DNA of 64,000 nt from TPA_inf: Saccharomyces (GCA_000146045.2 BK006943.2:1-64000), one strand, 5' to 3'. Positions 47,659 through 59,090 are shown, counted from the stretch's first letter. The notes: generated by a model not told the origin, from the sequence alone. Program-made: numbers and translations.

Positions 47659-49935
47659 TCAATTTACTGTTGGGTCAGAGCTGAATTCTGAGGAAAATAT
47701 TTGATTGTTGGCAGAAGAATCTTGGCCAATTAGTGCTGAAAAATCGATGACATCAGGTAATACTCTGTTAATTGAGTAGTCAAATTCCTCAAATTCTGCT
47801 AGAAGTTTATCTAAGTATTCTTCTTGTGCAGCTGTCGTTGTATGGCTCTCATTATTGGTATTCTGAAACTTTAGATCAGCTTCCCCTTGTGGAAGATTCA
47901 GAATGGAACGAAGACTCGTGGCTGGAGTTTGGTGATGCTGCTGTCCATGATGTAATTCTCCTTGGCACTTCGTAAAATTATTATTTGTCTGCAACTGGGG
48001 CACTAAAGCTCCACTACTTTCTTGCCGTTGCAATTTAACTATATTCAAAAGTTGTTCAGATAATACAGAGGTCTTCTCGTTAAACTCTTTGAACAATTGG
48101 TTCAATACTTCAAAAGTACGTTTACTCGCATTTGAAGCACCCTTCAAAAGTGATAATATTTCACTGCCAAGCTGCGTAGCGTTATGAATATCCGAATCAA
48201 CCTTCCCATTTCGTATCAGGCCCTTTTCTGTTTGGTAGACATAAAATTTGAGGCAAGCAACACTAAAAAAGATTGTATGAATGGAAAACCAGTAGCTACC
48301 ACTCAAAAGGTTTTGCGTAATCATTTCATAAGATAATTGAATAACTTTTTTGGCAACTTCAATACAGTTTTCCGCCATGTGAATTTGAAATTGGAACTCT
48401 GGGATATCTAACGGGTCTATAGAAATATAGTGGTAGAATGGTTTATAGAGTACGATTTTGGATAGAAGGAAGTCCAGATATAATAATTTCTTAGGTTTAG
48501 TGTATGGAGAACTAGTATCATTTGCGGAAACAGTTAGAGGTGGTTGCGTTTGACGATACCGTATTGTGTCAACCTTCAAAATATCTGGTAATTGGGCATA
48601 CCAATTATCTAATTGATCGTTCAACGATACAATCTGCGTCCTAGAATCCTCTTCTAATGGTTTTCTTCTCAAAGAGTACATTAGCTTGTAGATCCGAGAC
48701 ATGATTAAAATAAGCTTTGTATGCTTATTATTCATTCCACAGGAACTTATCGTTCGCCAATCTTGAAACTTTATTCCAATAGTAGATATATTTTCATCGT
48801 CGACGTCTAGAGGAAACTCTTGGTCGATATCAGATTCGTCGATACCGCTTGGAAAACCAAGAATACAATTCATGTACAGATCTAGTTTGTACACAGACCA
48901 AAAGAGCCTTTTTTTTGTCTCATCCTGAATCGGAGTAGGACCAACTATGGAAGACCGCCTGTGTAAACCTTCCTTTAACGCAGCACGCAGAGCGATACCA
49001 ATGAACGAATAGCAAGCCTTCAAGTTTGCTGAACATTGCAAAAAGATCGTCATCATAAATATAGCTTGAATGGAATAGATGTCAGTAATATTAGAAAAGT
49101 CCAAAGAGTTTTTGGCCTCTAAAAAGTATCTGTAGCCTTCATCAGTGTAAAATTCCCTAGTTGCTTTACTATCCTTGCTGAGATCTTCCTTAGAAAAAAG
49201 GGCTCCGACTGCTAAAACAGAATAAATTAAAGGTTGTGTTTTCACTTGTTCTGGAGTATATTGCTTGCCATGTTTTTCTGCTTCGTATATCGAGTCCAAG
49301 ATAGAAATGATAGTAGGTCTGTGATAGAACCTAAATAGCACACAGGCACAATCCCAGGTCTTTTGAATAAATTTCAAGGCAATCTCTCTGGGTGGTAATG
49401 GAACACTTGTTTGCATGTGCCAAGGCGTATCTTTTGGTAGACTTTGACGTATTACCTGATTAACATTTAATTGTCCTTGAAGTAGACACGTTTTAATAGT
49501 GTCCAAAAAATTCTGGCTGTTAAAAGAAGAAGAAGCAAGTATTTGACGGAGTGTTTCAGGTGGAAAGATCGTCTCTACAACCTTTTTGTAATCAATGGAA
49601 CTTATAGGGCCCTTGCTATCTTCCCGTTCGTGGGAAGCTCTCTGTGCATATAAGGAACTATCATCGCTTACTTCCCTATCAAATACCGATGAGTTCCGTG
49701 GGGGGCGATCATATTTGCATTCGTAACTATTAGTCTGGCAAAGTCTACATGGTATATTACCACTACATCGTACTTTCCTCTTTCTGCAAGCTATGCAAGC
49801 TCGATGTGCTCTTCCTTTCGTTGGCTTCAATTCGTTGGTGCCCGCATCTCTAGATAAAACCAAAATCTTAGATCTCTTGCCTTTCAACTTCTTCATTGCA
49901 CACGAAATAGGCTTTCCAGATTCTTTCGGCGTCAT
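47659..49935 (-). CDS. YJL206C: Zn(II)2Cys6 binuclear-cluster transcription factor, 758 aa
   Basis: CIACRKRKVRCSGNIPCRLCQTNSYECKY Zn2Cys6 motif near the N-terminus. Fungal transcription-factor middle homology region follows. ATG verified. Confidence 0.85.
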   Translation of the reverse strand: MTPKESGKPISCAMKKLKGKRSKILVLSRDAGTNELKPTKGRAHRACIACRKRKVRCSGNIPCRLCQTNSYECKYDRPPRNSSVFDREVSDDSSLYAQRASHEREDSKGPISSIDYKKVVETIFPPETLRQILASSSFNSQNFLDTIKTCLLQGQLNVNQVIRQSLPKDTPWHMQTSVPLPPREIALKFIQKTWDCACVLFRFYHRPTIISILDSIYEAEKHGKQYTPEQVKTQPLIYSVLAVGALFSKEDLSKDSKATREFYTDEGYRYFLEAKNSLDFSNITDIYSIQAIFMMTIFLQCSANLKACYSFIGIALRAALKEGLHRRSSIVGPTPIQDETKKRLFWSVYKLDLYMNCILGFPSGIDESDIDQEFPLDVDDENISTIGIKFQDWRTISSCGMNNKHTKLILIMSRIYKLMYSLRRKPLEEDSRTQIVSLNDQLDNWYAQLPDILKVDTIRYRQTQPPLTVSANDTSSPYTKPKKLLYLDFLLSKIVLYKPFYHYISIDPLDIPEFQFQIHMAENCIEVAKKVIQLSYEMITQNLLSGSYWFSIHTIFFSVACLKFYVYQTEKGLIRNGKVDSDIHNATQLGSEILSLLKGASNASKRTFEVLNQLFKEFNEKTSVLSEQLLNIVKLQRQESSGALVPQLQTNNNFTKCQGELHHGQQHHQTPATSLRSILNLPQGEADLKFQNTNNESHTTTAAQEEYLDKLLAEFEEFDYSINRVLPDVIDFSALIGQDSSANNQIFSSEFSSDPTVN

Positions 49936-50138
49936 CTATTGAATAATTCTTTGGTCTAAGTTGTATGTATTACTCTTTAAATTGAGACAATCAAGGAAAT
50001 CACACATATAAAAATACTGTGGATCTGAAAGATTGGGTTTTTATAGGATAAATGCGTATAAAGGTAGATCCTAGGATTAATTATTATGGTATTTACATAT
50101 CGCCAGAAACTTATATATACTCCCCTCACGCCGGATTA

Positions 50139-50443
50139 TTATTTGCGATCGTCCCATCGCTTCTTTATGAGCTCGTGTAAATGATGACCTTGTGGACGCC
50201 CCATTTTCCTTTCGTACACATAGTAGCTGAGACAGCCTACCATAATTGCCAATAACGGATCAGAAAATCTGCAATAGAGACCAGCTTGGGAAAGAGCACA
50301 TCGACTTGTTTGATGTTGCCTCTTCGAAACAGCAAATGGTTAACTATGCGTTAGTAAAAGAATAAGTGTGAAAAAAAAAAAAATAGAATAGCGTATGAAG
50401 AATGAACATACTTTCCTAATAGAAAGGGAGCGTACTGAACCAT
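50139..50443 (-). CDS. NCE101: Non-classical export protein, 53 aa, two exons: complement(join(50139..50268,50412..50443))
   Basis: Exon 1 is ATGGTTCAGTACGCTCCCTTTCTATTAGGAAA followed by GTATGT. A TACTAAC branchpoint is present. Exon 2 after ...ttgcag begins ATTTTCTGATCCG, giving MVQYAPFLLGK|FSDPLLAIMVGCLSYYVYERKMGRPQGHHLHELIKKRWDDRK. Confidence 0.7.
50269..50411 (-). other. NCE101 intron (143 nt; GTATGT 5' splice site, TACTAAC branchpoint, distal uugcAG 3' splice site)
   Basis: Splice signals were read directly on the minus strand. Only the distal AG restores the long ORF. Confidence 0.6.
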
Positions 50444-50628
50444 GTTATCGATGATCTTGTGTGGAATCCTCTTATAAATGGAGTGAACATTTGTATGCCC
50501 CTTGTGTGCGTGTGGCTAACAGGGAAAAATAGAGCCCGCGTAATCTTGAATAATCTAATATGTGAACAGTCTTTTATTTCCGCACTTCATACCTATATAG
50601 AGTAATATAATTAATCATTGATAGGAAT

Positions 50629-53151
50629 TTACATAATGCAGCAATCTCGTATGCCTAGGCCGTACATTACCTTTTCAACGTCTTTCCGTACACGAACCCA
50701 ATCGCTTCTCCTCTGAACAAATTCATAAATTTCCTCTTGCGTAAAAATGCCATTGAATTTCCCAAGATCAGAAATAAGCTTTCCCAACTCTTTCGAGTCC
50801 TTGCCTGAAATGATGTATAACTGGCCAATAGACTTAAGCCCAACAAAATAGGGAACAACATTTTTTTGTTTTAATTTGTTAGCAATAAAATCGTAAAAGT
50901 AATTTAAATCGCAGATTAACCAAATTGCGCCCTCCGTAGATATGAAGCACTTCTTCAGATGTTTGACGATTTCATTAAAGAATCTCTCGCCAATTTCTTG
51001 TTGGTACACGTCAATAGTACCCTTGTCTGTGGCACCAGTCAGTAGAAAGCAATGATTAGAAAGTAACTCGACTACCCTGATAGCACATTTGGTTGGCTTT
51101 ATATCCCTTATTGGAGAATTCCTAGAGGGTGGCGGTGGATTATAATCGTCAGGCAATTGAAGAGTCTTGAATACAAATGAGATTTCATCCATTAGTTTGT
51201 TTATACCGATATTTAAACCTTCGGCTACAAAATCATCGATAGAAGTCTCAAAATTTTTTTTTAATTGGATAACATCATTAAGAAAATCTTTATTTTTATC
51301 GATAATTTTTTTGGGAATCAATTCGTTCTTGTAAAAAATGGAAATCATTTGTAATATTATGTCACCTATATTGATAAGTTCAGTGAATTGTACTAAAGGT
51401 TCGACTTGAGTATTGGCTGGCGAAAGTGAATTGAATTTTATTTCTATTTGTTCTATTTCGTTAGGATTATATTTTTGTAGTAGCAGGATTGCCTTTTCAA
51501 ATGCAGGTTTAACGTGATTTTTATTCAATTGTGTAATTAAAATTTTGAAAATCTCTTGACAGCGTAGCTTGATCAATGGTAGCAAACTTTCAATCGTATG
51601 AAATTTGTAAATTTGATCCGTCTTTTCGCTTGTTTCCTGTAAAATTTTGTAACATAAATCGAGACTTATTAACGATTTAATGTTTTGCAAGTTATTGGAA
51701 ATTAAATTTAAGTTGTAGGCTAGTTGTAGTTGTTGCTTTAGCCTTTGATTTTCATTGTTCGAGAACTTGAAAATCTTGGTGAAGGAACTTAGAAAGTCTA
51801 GTTTATCATTAGAAATATCAGTTGAATGAACTGATTGATGGATCGTACTTGGTTTTGAATCCGCTTCTGGGACAGTTTTGGAGGTTTCAGTAATTATTGA
51901 GAGGTCATTCGGCAATTCATTGTTACTTGCACTCGAAGCATCCGTTTGATCTTTTAAAGTGTTATAAATTTTTGCGTTTTGCTCACGCTGCTTGTCTTGA
52001 ACTTGTGTGTCATAATTAGCTAATTGTGAGTTGATCAATGATTCAAATACTCTAGTTGTCTGATTCATATAGTTGACAACAAAGGGCTCGAGATACAGGT
52101 TTAAAAGGTCACGAACAACTTTACGGAAATTTGCGCCTGCGTTTACTGAGTCGTTTAATTCAGTATCAAACTTTTTTATAAATGTGAAATAAAGTTCGGG
52201 TACGCATTCATAATTGGCTTTACTATCCTTTCCATTTTCTTTTAAAAATTCACTATAGCTTAATAAGATATTGTTTAAAATATCTAATAAAATATCTTGG
52301 ATAAAGGACTCGATGAACTGTAATATTACAGGGAACTCATCTTTGAATAAAATGTCCGCTAATTTAATCTTTTCGTTGAGGAAATCCCTTAGCTGATTGA
52401 GAAACGTATCTAAATTTTTAGAATTAAATATCACGGTACTCCCACCGCTGTCCTCTTCCCTTGGTTGTTCGGCCCAAAATAATTCATCATTAGACGGCAA
52501 AACCGTTAAACTGGGAGGCAAATCAGCCTTTGACTTGAAAAATTCGATAGCATTGCTTTCCTCATTAGATATCAATAAAATTTTCATGAAACGAGCGACG
52601 GCAGCTAAATTATTAGACTGGTAATTCAATTCTGACTCTTTGAGAACAGAATTAATGAAGATTTCCCTAAGAATGTTGAAATTAGTTTCAATCCTAGTAA
52701 ATGTTTCTATATCATTTTTATTCGAGAAATTGTACTTTTTGATAAAATTTAGAATTCTTGTTTGTTTCAACGGATCGTTGGAATATGAAGTAGGAAAGAA
52801 ATTTGCTAGATTATTATTATATAGCTTCCTAGCGTATGAGTTATAACAACGGTAAAATTTCACAAAGATTTTTTTAGAATTTTGAGCAGTGAAAGATTTG
52901 TATATTTCGAAGATGCGAAGGGAATTTTGATTATCATTTTCATCCAGCAACGTAATTTCTTCTTCTTCATTTGAATGCACCTGTTGGAGACCCATTCTAG
53001 TCAATTTCAATGACCAATACTTTGAATCATTTTTGCCGTTAATGATTGCATAAACCCGTTTATTCACTTGTTGAAAACTCAGATAATCTACAGTAGATAA
53101 ATATGAGGCAATATTGGTTACAATCTCGGGAACTTTTAGCAGATCATCCAT
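50629..53151 (-). CDS. RCY1: F-box protein involved in endocytic recycling, 840 aa
   Basis: N-terminal F-box (LPEIVTNIASYLSTVDYLSFQQVNKRVYAII). 840 aa. ATG verified. Confidence 0.85.
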   Translation of the reverse strand: MDDLLKVPEIVTNIASYLSTVDYLSFQQVNKRVYAIINGKNDSKYWSLKLTRMGLQQVHSNEEEEITLLDENDNQNSLRIFEIYKSFTAQNSKKIFVKFYRCYNSYARKLYNNNLANFFPTSYSNDPLKQTRILNFIKKYNFSNKNDIETFTRIETNFNILREIFINSVLKESELNYQSNNLAAVARFMKILLISNEESNAIEFFKSKADLPPSLTVLPSNDELFWAEQPREEDSGGSTVIFNSKNLDTFLNQLRDFLNEKIKLADILFKDEFPVILQFIESFIQDILLDILNNILLSYSEFLKENGKDSKANYECVPELYFTFIKKFDTELNDSVNAGANFRKVVRDLLNLYLEPFVVNYMNQTTRVFESLINSQLANYDTQVQDKQREQNAKIYNTLKDQTDASSASNNELPNDLSIITETSKTVPEADSKPSTIHQSVHSTDISNDKLDFLSSFTKIFKFSNNENQRLKQQLQLAYNLNLISNNLQNIKSLISLDLCYKILQETSEKTDQIYKFHTIESLLPLIKLRCQEIFKILITQLNKNHVKPAFEKAILLLQKYNPNEIEQIEIKFNSLSPANTQVEPLVQFTELINIGDIILQMISIFYKNELIPKKIIDKNKDFLNDVIQLKKNFETSIDDFVAEGLNIGINKLMDEISFVFKTLQLPDDYNPPPPSRNSPIRDIKPTKCAIRVVELLSNHCFLLTGATDKGTIDVYQQEIGERFFNEIVKHLKKCFISTEGAIWLICDLNYFYDFIANKLKQKNVVPYFVGLKSIGQLYIISGKDSKELGKLISDLGKFNGIFTQEEIYEFVQRRSDWVRVRKDVEKVMYGLGIRDCCIM

Positions 53152-53340
53152 TTTACCGATTTCCTCAAAAGCTTTTGTTTTCTTTTGGTTTTTCTATTGT
53201 TTGTCTGTTGACCATTTTTTGATAAAATAAGAACCTTCCTTCAACGAAATATTTCGGCAAAAGTTAGCCTTGAAACACTTAAATACAGGAAGAAATAAGG
53301 TAAAGCGTAAAACTAACAGCAATAATTTGCAGTTGTATAA

Positions 53341-54183
53341 ATGGAACCAGAAGATACCCAGCTGAAAGAGGACATTAAAACCACAGTAAATTACATAAAG
53401 CAGCATGGTGTTGAGTTTGAGAACAAACTGCTAGAAGATGAGAGATTCTCATTCATCAAGAAAGATGACCCACTCCATGAATACTACACCAAACTCATGA
53501 ATGAGCCAACAGACACTGTCAGCGGTGAAGATAATGACAGAAAGAGTGAGCGAGAGATAGCAAGGCCGCCGGATTTTCTGTTCTCTCAATATGATACTGG
53601 AATATCCCGAAGAGACATGGAAGTAATCAAATTGACAGCACGCTACTATGCAAAGGATAAAAGTATTGTTGAACAGATGATTTCAAAGGATGGTGAAGCC
53701 AGATTAAACTTTATGAACAGCTCACATCCGCTACATAAGACATTCACTGATTTTGTCGCCCAGTACAAGCGAGTATATTCTTTTACTGGTCAAGAAATCA
53801 AGAAAAGTAAGAGAACCATTTTAGATAATTGTTTTGAGAGAACACAGTATTGGGAATTTGAGAAAGATAAAGACCGGGAACATGATAAGCTCGTAGAGTT
53901 GTGCAAAATACAATTTGCAGCCATTCCATGGGATAAATTTACTCAAGTGGCAAAATTTTCTATCCCTGAAGACACAGAAATCTTCGAAGGCTCTCTAGAT
54001 TTAGAACAGATGAGGCTGCGAAGAGTACAAACTGGTATTAAGTTATTCGATAGTATCAAGCCGACAAATGAAGAAGAAAAGATAGTATCCGACCAAGGTA
54101 AGCAAAAAGGAGGAGATAGTAAGGGCAAAAAGCGTAAAATTAGAGCTGTGGGAGAGACAAGGTTAAAGAAAAGTAAAAAATAA
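53341..54183 (+). CDS. PRP21: SF3a splicing factor subunit, 280 aa
   Basis: 280-aa ORF with ATG verified. SURP-like regions and a Lys-rich C-terminus. Position matches PRP21. Confidence 0.8.
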
Positions 54184-54378
54184 GCCTCATGAAAATCAAA
54201 GTTAGCTAGAAGTATGTAAAGGTTGATGATGCACCGTAATTGAGCACATGTATCACTATTAACGGCGTACGTATTTTGGCGTTTTTTCATGTTGATGTTA
54301 TTTTGTATATAGAAAGTGAAATTCTCGAGGATATGGCCCTACTGGATAATACTATTGGTAGCGTGAAAGAAGGCCAGG

Positions 54379-56178
54379 ATGATAGATATCAACGTTAATA
54401 ACATATTTTTTAGATCTTATTCAGTTGATCCTAACTCTGGTCACGCAATTTATGTCTTTGATTCGACTTATTTGCCAGCATCTGATGAAATTGGCGATAA
54501 GCAAGTTTATGACTTGCTTATTAATGCCCTCATGGATCGATTGGTAATGAAATTGCCACAGGCACCATATTCACTGGTGATTTTTTCATCTGGGTTTTCC
54601 CAGAGAAAAATAAGCTGGGTTTACGGTATTAAAATGTTTGCAAAGTTACCCAAAGAGACCAAGTTCTATTTACAAAAGATTTTTATTGTTCATGAGTCAT
54701 TCTTCGTTAGGTCGGTCTATCAAGTAATTTCAAACGCTATGAACTTTAACTTCTTGGACTCAAAAGATAGTCAGCATGATTTTCCAAGTTTAGTTCATGT
54801 CTTGGACCTGACTTCTTTATCCGAGCTAATAGATATTACGCGACTTAGAATATCGTTGAACGTGTACTTATATGATTACCAGATACGCGAACATATAAAT
54901 GTCCCGGAGGAATATTATAACAGATTGACCCCTCTGGCAATAAGACAGTATAGGCAGTTAGTATTCGATAAAATTTTCAAGAAATTACAGAATGACGCTC
55001 TGTTGTGTGAATTGATATTCCAGAAGCCGGGAAACTATAAAAAGGTAAACATTTTTTTGGATATTATCAAAAGAAACAACTACATTGATTTATCTCAATG
55101 GGATATTTATTCTTTGGCATCCGTGTGGTTGAATTACTTCATTAAGAATAAAGCCAAACCTCTAATCCCAATTGAATTAATTCCGTTACCAATTGTTGAT
55201 GATCTAAAGTTCACAAGTGAAACATTCCGCAAAATTATTAAATTCAACCAATACCAGGACCTCTTTATGGTCATAATTCCTTTTTTTAATAGGATCATAG
55301 CGCATGGTGAATCGACTAAACATGATTCAAGGACCCTAAGTAAAGCTTTAACTCCGGCGTTATGTAAGGAAAAACTTTCCATGATGACTAATGATCGTTT
55401 AGCTATTGGGTCGAGATATATTAAAAATTTACTGGACTTTTTCCCCGAAATCGCGAAGGAAATATCATCACCTCCTTCATCCGTATCATCGTCTTCTACT
55501 ATCCCTGTTTTGCCTAAGCCAAGGAAGTCGTCGCCAACCAGATACAGTGAACTAGGCTGCTTAACCCTTCCTAGAAGTCGAAGCCCTAGTCCACAAAGAT
55601 CTGTTACGTCTCCAACGTACACACCTGTCGCATTACAAAATACACCAGTCTTGAAACCTAAGTCTTCAAGCAGAAATGTTTCATCCCCATCATTCAATGC
55701 CAAACCTCCACTTCCTATTAAGGCAGTTACACGACCACAACTGTCTCTAACTTCCAATTCTAATACAGATTTGGCATTAGCTTCTTCTTCTACAGATACA
55801 TTATCCTCACCGACGAAGACTCCATCAGCAGACTCGCTTCCATTGAGTAACAGCAGCACCGATTTAACGATATCAGATAATATCAAAGAAATGGTTAAGG
55901 ACGAGCCAGCAAAGGATAAAAATTCTGTGGAAACAGATATATTCGTACAACAGTTTGAAAGTTTAACCCTCGTCCAAAACGCGAAGATTAAGAAGTTCGA
56001 CAAAGAACTACAAGAAAAGAAGAAGAAAAATGAAACTACTTCAAAGACAGCAGATAAATTCTCTCAAAAGGGATATTCAGATATTAAAGCAAGCAACAAG
56101 GTTAGCAGGCTAGCTGCATTGTACGAAGAACGTTTACAAGGTTTACAAGTAATGAATGAAATGAAACAAAGGTGGTAA
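54379..56178 (+). CDS. ECM25: Cell-wall-related protein ECM25 (RhoGAP-like N-terminal region, Ser/Thr/Pro-rich C-terminal half), 599 aa
   Basis: 599-aa ORF with ATG verified. The C-terminal low-complexity S/T/P region makes the antisense frame open too. Confidence 0.75.
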   Translation: MIDINVNNIFFRSYSVDPNSGHAIYVFDSTYLPASDEIGDKQVYDLLINALMDRLVMKLPQAPYSLVIFSSGFSQRKISWVYGIKMFAKLPKETKFYLQKIFIVHESFFVRSVYQVISNAMNFNFLDSKDSQHDFPSLVHVLDLTSLSELIDITRLRISLNVYLYDYQIREHINVPEEYYNRLTPLAIRQYRQLVFDKIFKKLQNDALLCELIFQKPGNYKKVNIFLDIIKRNNYIDLSQWDIYSLASVWLNYFIKNKAKPLIPIELIPLPIVDDLKFTSETFRKIIKFNQYQDLFMVIIPFFNRIIAHGESTKHDSRTLSKALTPALCKEKLSMMTNDRLAIGSRYIKNLLDFFPEIAKEISSPPSSVSSSSTIPVLPKPRKSSPTRYSELGCLTLPRSRSPSPQRSVTSPTYTPVALQNTPVLKPKSSSRNVSSPSFNAKPPLPIKAVTRPQLSLTSNSNTDLALASSSTDTLSSPTKTPSADSLPLSNSSTDLTISDNIKEMVKDEPAKDKNSVETDIFVQQFESLTLVQNAKIKKFDKELQEKKKKNETTSKTADKFSQKGYSDIKASNKVSRLAALYEERLQGLQVMNEMKQRW

Positions 56179-56443
56179 CTTACATAATTGTATCTTTTTA
56201 ACACATACATATTGCATATACGACAACAAAATACCCCCCACCCTTGAGTTAAGCCGTAGTTGAAGCAGTCGAGATCTCGTGTATAATATTATATATCAAA
56301 CAATATTACGTTTTTTATAGTAAATAAATAAATAAATAGGTAGGTTATTTGCACCGTCTATATGCAGAGTCTATAGAATTGTGTAAACTAGCTTATGACT
56401 ATTAAATCGGACTCTTAATTTTTAGCTAATATCTCTTCAGAAT

Positions 56444-58813
56444 TTATTCGTTTCTTCGTATATTACCAATATAATTGATTGCTGAACCAGCTTTGAAAAA
56501 ATCGATTTGATCTTTAGACATAGTATGTTTTGCCTTGATGGTGAACGATTCACCGTTTGGTTTAGTAATTTTAACATCAATTTCACCACCGTTATTACCA
56601 TCCTTAGCAATCATGTCAACTAGGTTCAACGTTTCTAAAACATCTCCGCTTGATATTTTATCATAGTCAGATTCGTTGGCAAAAGTCAATGGCAACACAC
56701 CTTGTTTCTTCAAGTTTGTCTCATGAATTCTTGCAAAAGACTTAACTAAAAGAATCTCTCCGCCTAAAAATCTTGGTGACAAAGCAGCATGCTCTCTTGC
56801 GGAACCTTCACCATAGTTATGTTCCGCTATCACGGTCCATGGTCTACCGTCTGATTTCCATTTCATCATCAAACCAGGAATATCATATTCAGTTCCGTCA
56901 AGGTCATAAGCCTTGTTGACTTCACCGGTTTCTTTGTTTTGTGCACCAATCAATGTATTGTAAGAAATGTTTTCTAGATGGCCTTTATATTTCAACCAGA
57001 CGCCCGCAGCGGAAATATGATCTGTTGTACATTTACCTTCAACTTTCAAAAGCACGTTTGTCTTCAATTCCTTCCCGTTCCAAGGTTTGAATGGCTCTAA
57101 TAATTGCAAACGATCAGAATTAGGGTCTACCTTAATCTCTACATTGCTATCTGGCTTTGGATCCATTTCAGGATAAAATTTGTCTCTACCGTGTTCAAAT
57201 CCTCTTTTTGGTAACTCATCACCCTTTGGTGGTTGGAATTTGAAATCCTTCCCATTTGGCAATTTAATTGAGTCAGTTAGCGGATTGAACTGAGCATCTC
57301 CAGAATAACTCATCGCTGTTACTATTTCTGGGGATGTTAAGAAATTCATTGTATTCCTATTACCATCGTTTCTAGCTCTGAAATTTCTATTGAATGATGT
57401 AAAAATAGTGTTCGTTTCTTTTGATGTTTTCGAGACATCTTCCCTATTCCATTGTCCGATACAAGGGCCGCATGCATTTGCTAAAACTTTGGCACCATTT
57501 TCTTGGAAAATATCGATGATTCCATCTCTTTCCAAGGTAGCTCTAATTTGTTCTGAACCAGGGGTGACAAAGAAGGGGATACGTGGTTTCAAGCCGGCTT
57601 TGGAAGCTTGCTTGACCAAGTCGACAACACGACTCATGTCTTGATAAGATGAATTGGTACATGATCCAATCAAACCAGCGCTAACTTTTTGGGGCCAGTT
57701 TTCCTTCAAACTTTTTTCGGCATATTGAGATATTGGGGTTGAAAGGTCTGGTGTAAATGGACCATTAACGTGAGGTTCAATTGCGGATAAGTCAATTTCA
57801 ATAACTTTATCGTATTGAGCATCTTTGTCGGCTCTTAAGAAGTTAAACTTGTTTAAAGCAACATCAGCTGCTTCAGCGACCTCTGCTCTATTAGTTGCTT
57901 GCAAATAACGCTTGTGAGCTTCTTGGTAAGGGAAAGTTGACGTTGTAGCACCGATTTCAGCTCCCATATTACAGATGGTTGCCATACCTGTGCAAGATAG
58001 AGTGGATACACCTTCGCCGAAGTACTCGACGATATAACCAGTACCACCTCTGACAGTTAGTAAACCAGCGAGCTTTGTGATTACATCTTTAGGAGTGGAC
58101 CATCCGTTTAACTTTCCGGTCAATTTAACACCTAAAATTTTTGGTGCTTTTAATTCCCATGGAGTGCCTGTGAGGGCATCAACTGCATCCGCACCACCAA
58201 CCCCGATGGCAATAGCTCCCAGACCGCCTGCATTTGGTGTATGGGAATCAGTACCTAGCATCATTAGACCTGGAGCTGAGAAATTTTCCAAAACAATCTG
58301 GTGAATGATACCAGAACCTGGGCCCCAGAATTGAATTCCATATCTCTTTGCGCAACTCTCCAAGAAATCGAAAACTTCTTGGTTGGTAGCTATGGAAGAG
58401 GGTAAATCTTTAGTTTCACCGTCCTTACCTACAATTAAATGATCACAATGTATGGATGCTGGGACAGATGTTTGATTTAGACCGGTGGTCATGAATTGTA
58501 GAAGCGCCATTTGGGCAGAAGCGTCCTGCATAGCTACACGGTCTGGGTTTAGCTTCAAGTATTTATTACCACGGATGGTGGACAGATCAGAAGAAGTAAT
58601 CGATTCTTCAGGATCGCAAAGATGCGAGTATAAAATTTTTTCTGCTAGTGTCAATGGAGCATTGTTTGTTATTTGTTTAATCTTGTCTAGGTTGGTCAAA
58701 AGTTTTGCATAAGGTGGCACTTTTGTTTGAAAATTTTTAGATACAGAGGGGAACATATTGGCATGTGTTGCCAAATGCCTCTTTATATAAAACCTATTAG
58801 CTGAAGATAGCAT
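56444..58813 (-). CDS. ACO2: Aconitase-family [4Fe-4S] hydro-lyase, mitochondrial, 789 aa
   Basis: Aconitase signatures, including cluster-ligand motif NACGPCIGQWNR and the swivel-domain SxR motif region. 789 aa. ATG verified. Confidence 0.88.
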   Translation of the reverse strand: MLSSANRFYIKRHLATHANMFPSVSKNFQTKVPPYAKLLTNLDKIKQITNNAPLTLAEKILYSHLCDPEESITSSDLSTIRGNKYLKLNPDRVAMQDASAQMALLQFMTTGLNQTSVPASIHCDHLIVGKDGETKDLPSSIATNQEVFDFLESCAKRYGIQFWGPGSGIIHQIVLENFSAPGLMMLGTDSHTPNAGGLGAIAIGVGGADAVDALTGTPWELKAPKILGVKLTGKLNGWSTPKDVITKLAGLLTVRGGTGYIVEYFGEGVSTLSCTGMATICNMGAEIGATTSTFPYQEAHKRYLQATNRAEVAEAADVALNKFNFLRADKDAQYDKVIEIDLSAIEPHVNGPFTPDLSTPISQYAEKSLKENWPQKVSAGLIGSCTNSSYQDMSRVVDLVKQASKAGLKPRIPFFVTPGSEQIRATLERDGIIDIFQENGAKVLANACGPCIGQWNREDVSKTSKETNTIFTSFNRNFRARNDGNRNTMNFLTSPEIVTAMSYSGDAQFNPLTDSIKLPNGKDFKFQPPKGDELPKRGFEHGRDKFYPEMDPKPDSNVEIKVDPNSDRLQLLEPFKPWNGKELKTNVLLKVEGKCTTDHISAAGVWLKYKGHLENISYNTLIGAQNKETGEVNKAYDLDGTEYDIPGLMMKWKSDGRPWTVIAEHNYGEGSAREHAALSPRFLGGEILLVKSFARIHETNLKKQGVLPLTFANESDYDKISSGDVLETLNLVDMIAKDGNNGGEIDVKITKPNGESFTIKAKHTMSKDQIDFFKAGSAINYIGNIRRNE

Positions 58814-59084
58814 CGAATCTCTTGCTTATTGCTCTTAGAGTTTTATGTTTAAAGAAAGTCGAAAATTCTTATTTTTGCAAGTGCGCAAATCGAATAATAC
58901 GAAAAGATGAAAATATTTTAGTTTATATACATGTTTGATGCCATACCATCTATTGACATAATCTACGATGTGAGAGCTGTATGATATTGTGGAACTTTGT
59001 ATATATTGAAAAAATTTTCCAGTGGAATTTTACTCGCGATGACTCAAGAGCGTGAAAAAAAAAAAAAAAAAAAAATTAATTGCT

Positions 59085-59090
59085 AAAAAA
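59085..59090 (-). terminator. Pol III terminator (T6 on the minus strand) 10 nt downstream of the tRNA 3' end
   Basis: Plus-strand aaaaaa at 59085-59090 gives TTTTTT on the tRNA strand. A further 21-nt A/T homopolymer lies at 59055-59075. Confidence 0.7.

Noticed and set aside
53943-54290. 115-aa minus-strand ORF overlapping the 3' end of PRP21
   Set aside because: It overlaps the C-terminal coding region of PRP21 on the opposite strand, with no recognisable features.
55134-56003. 289-aa minus-strand ORF antisense to ECM25
   Set aside because: It lies opposite the Ser/Thr/Pro-rich low-complexity half of ECM25. Such sequence is frequently stop-free on the antisense strand. There is no motif and no plausible promoter context.
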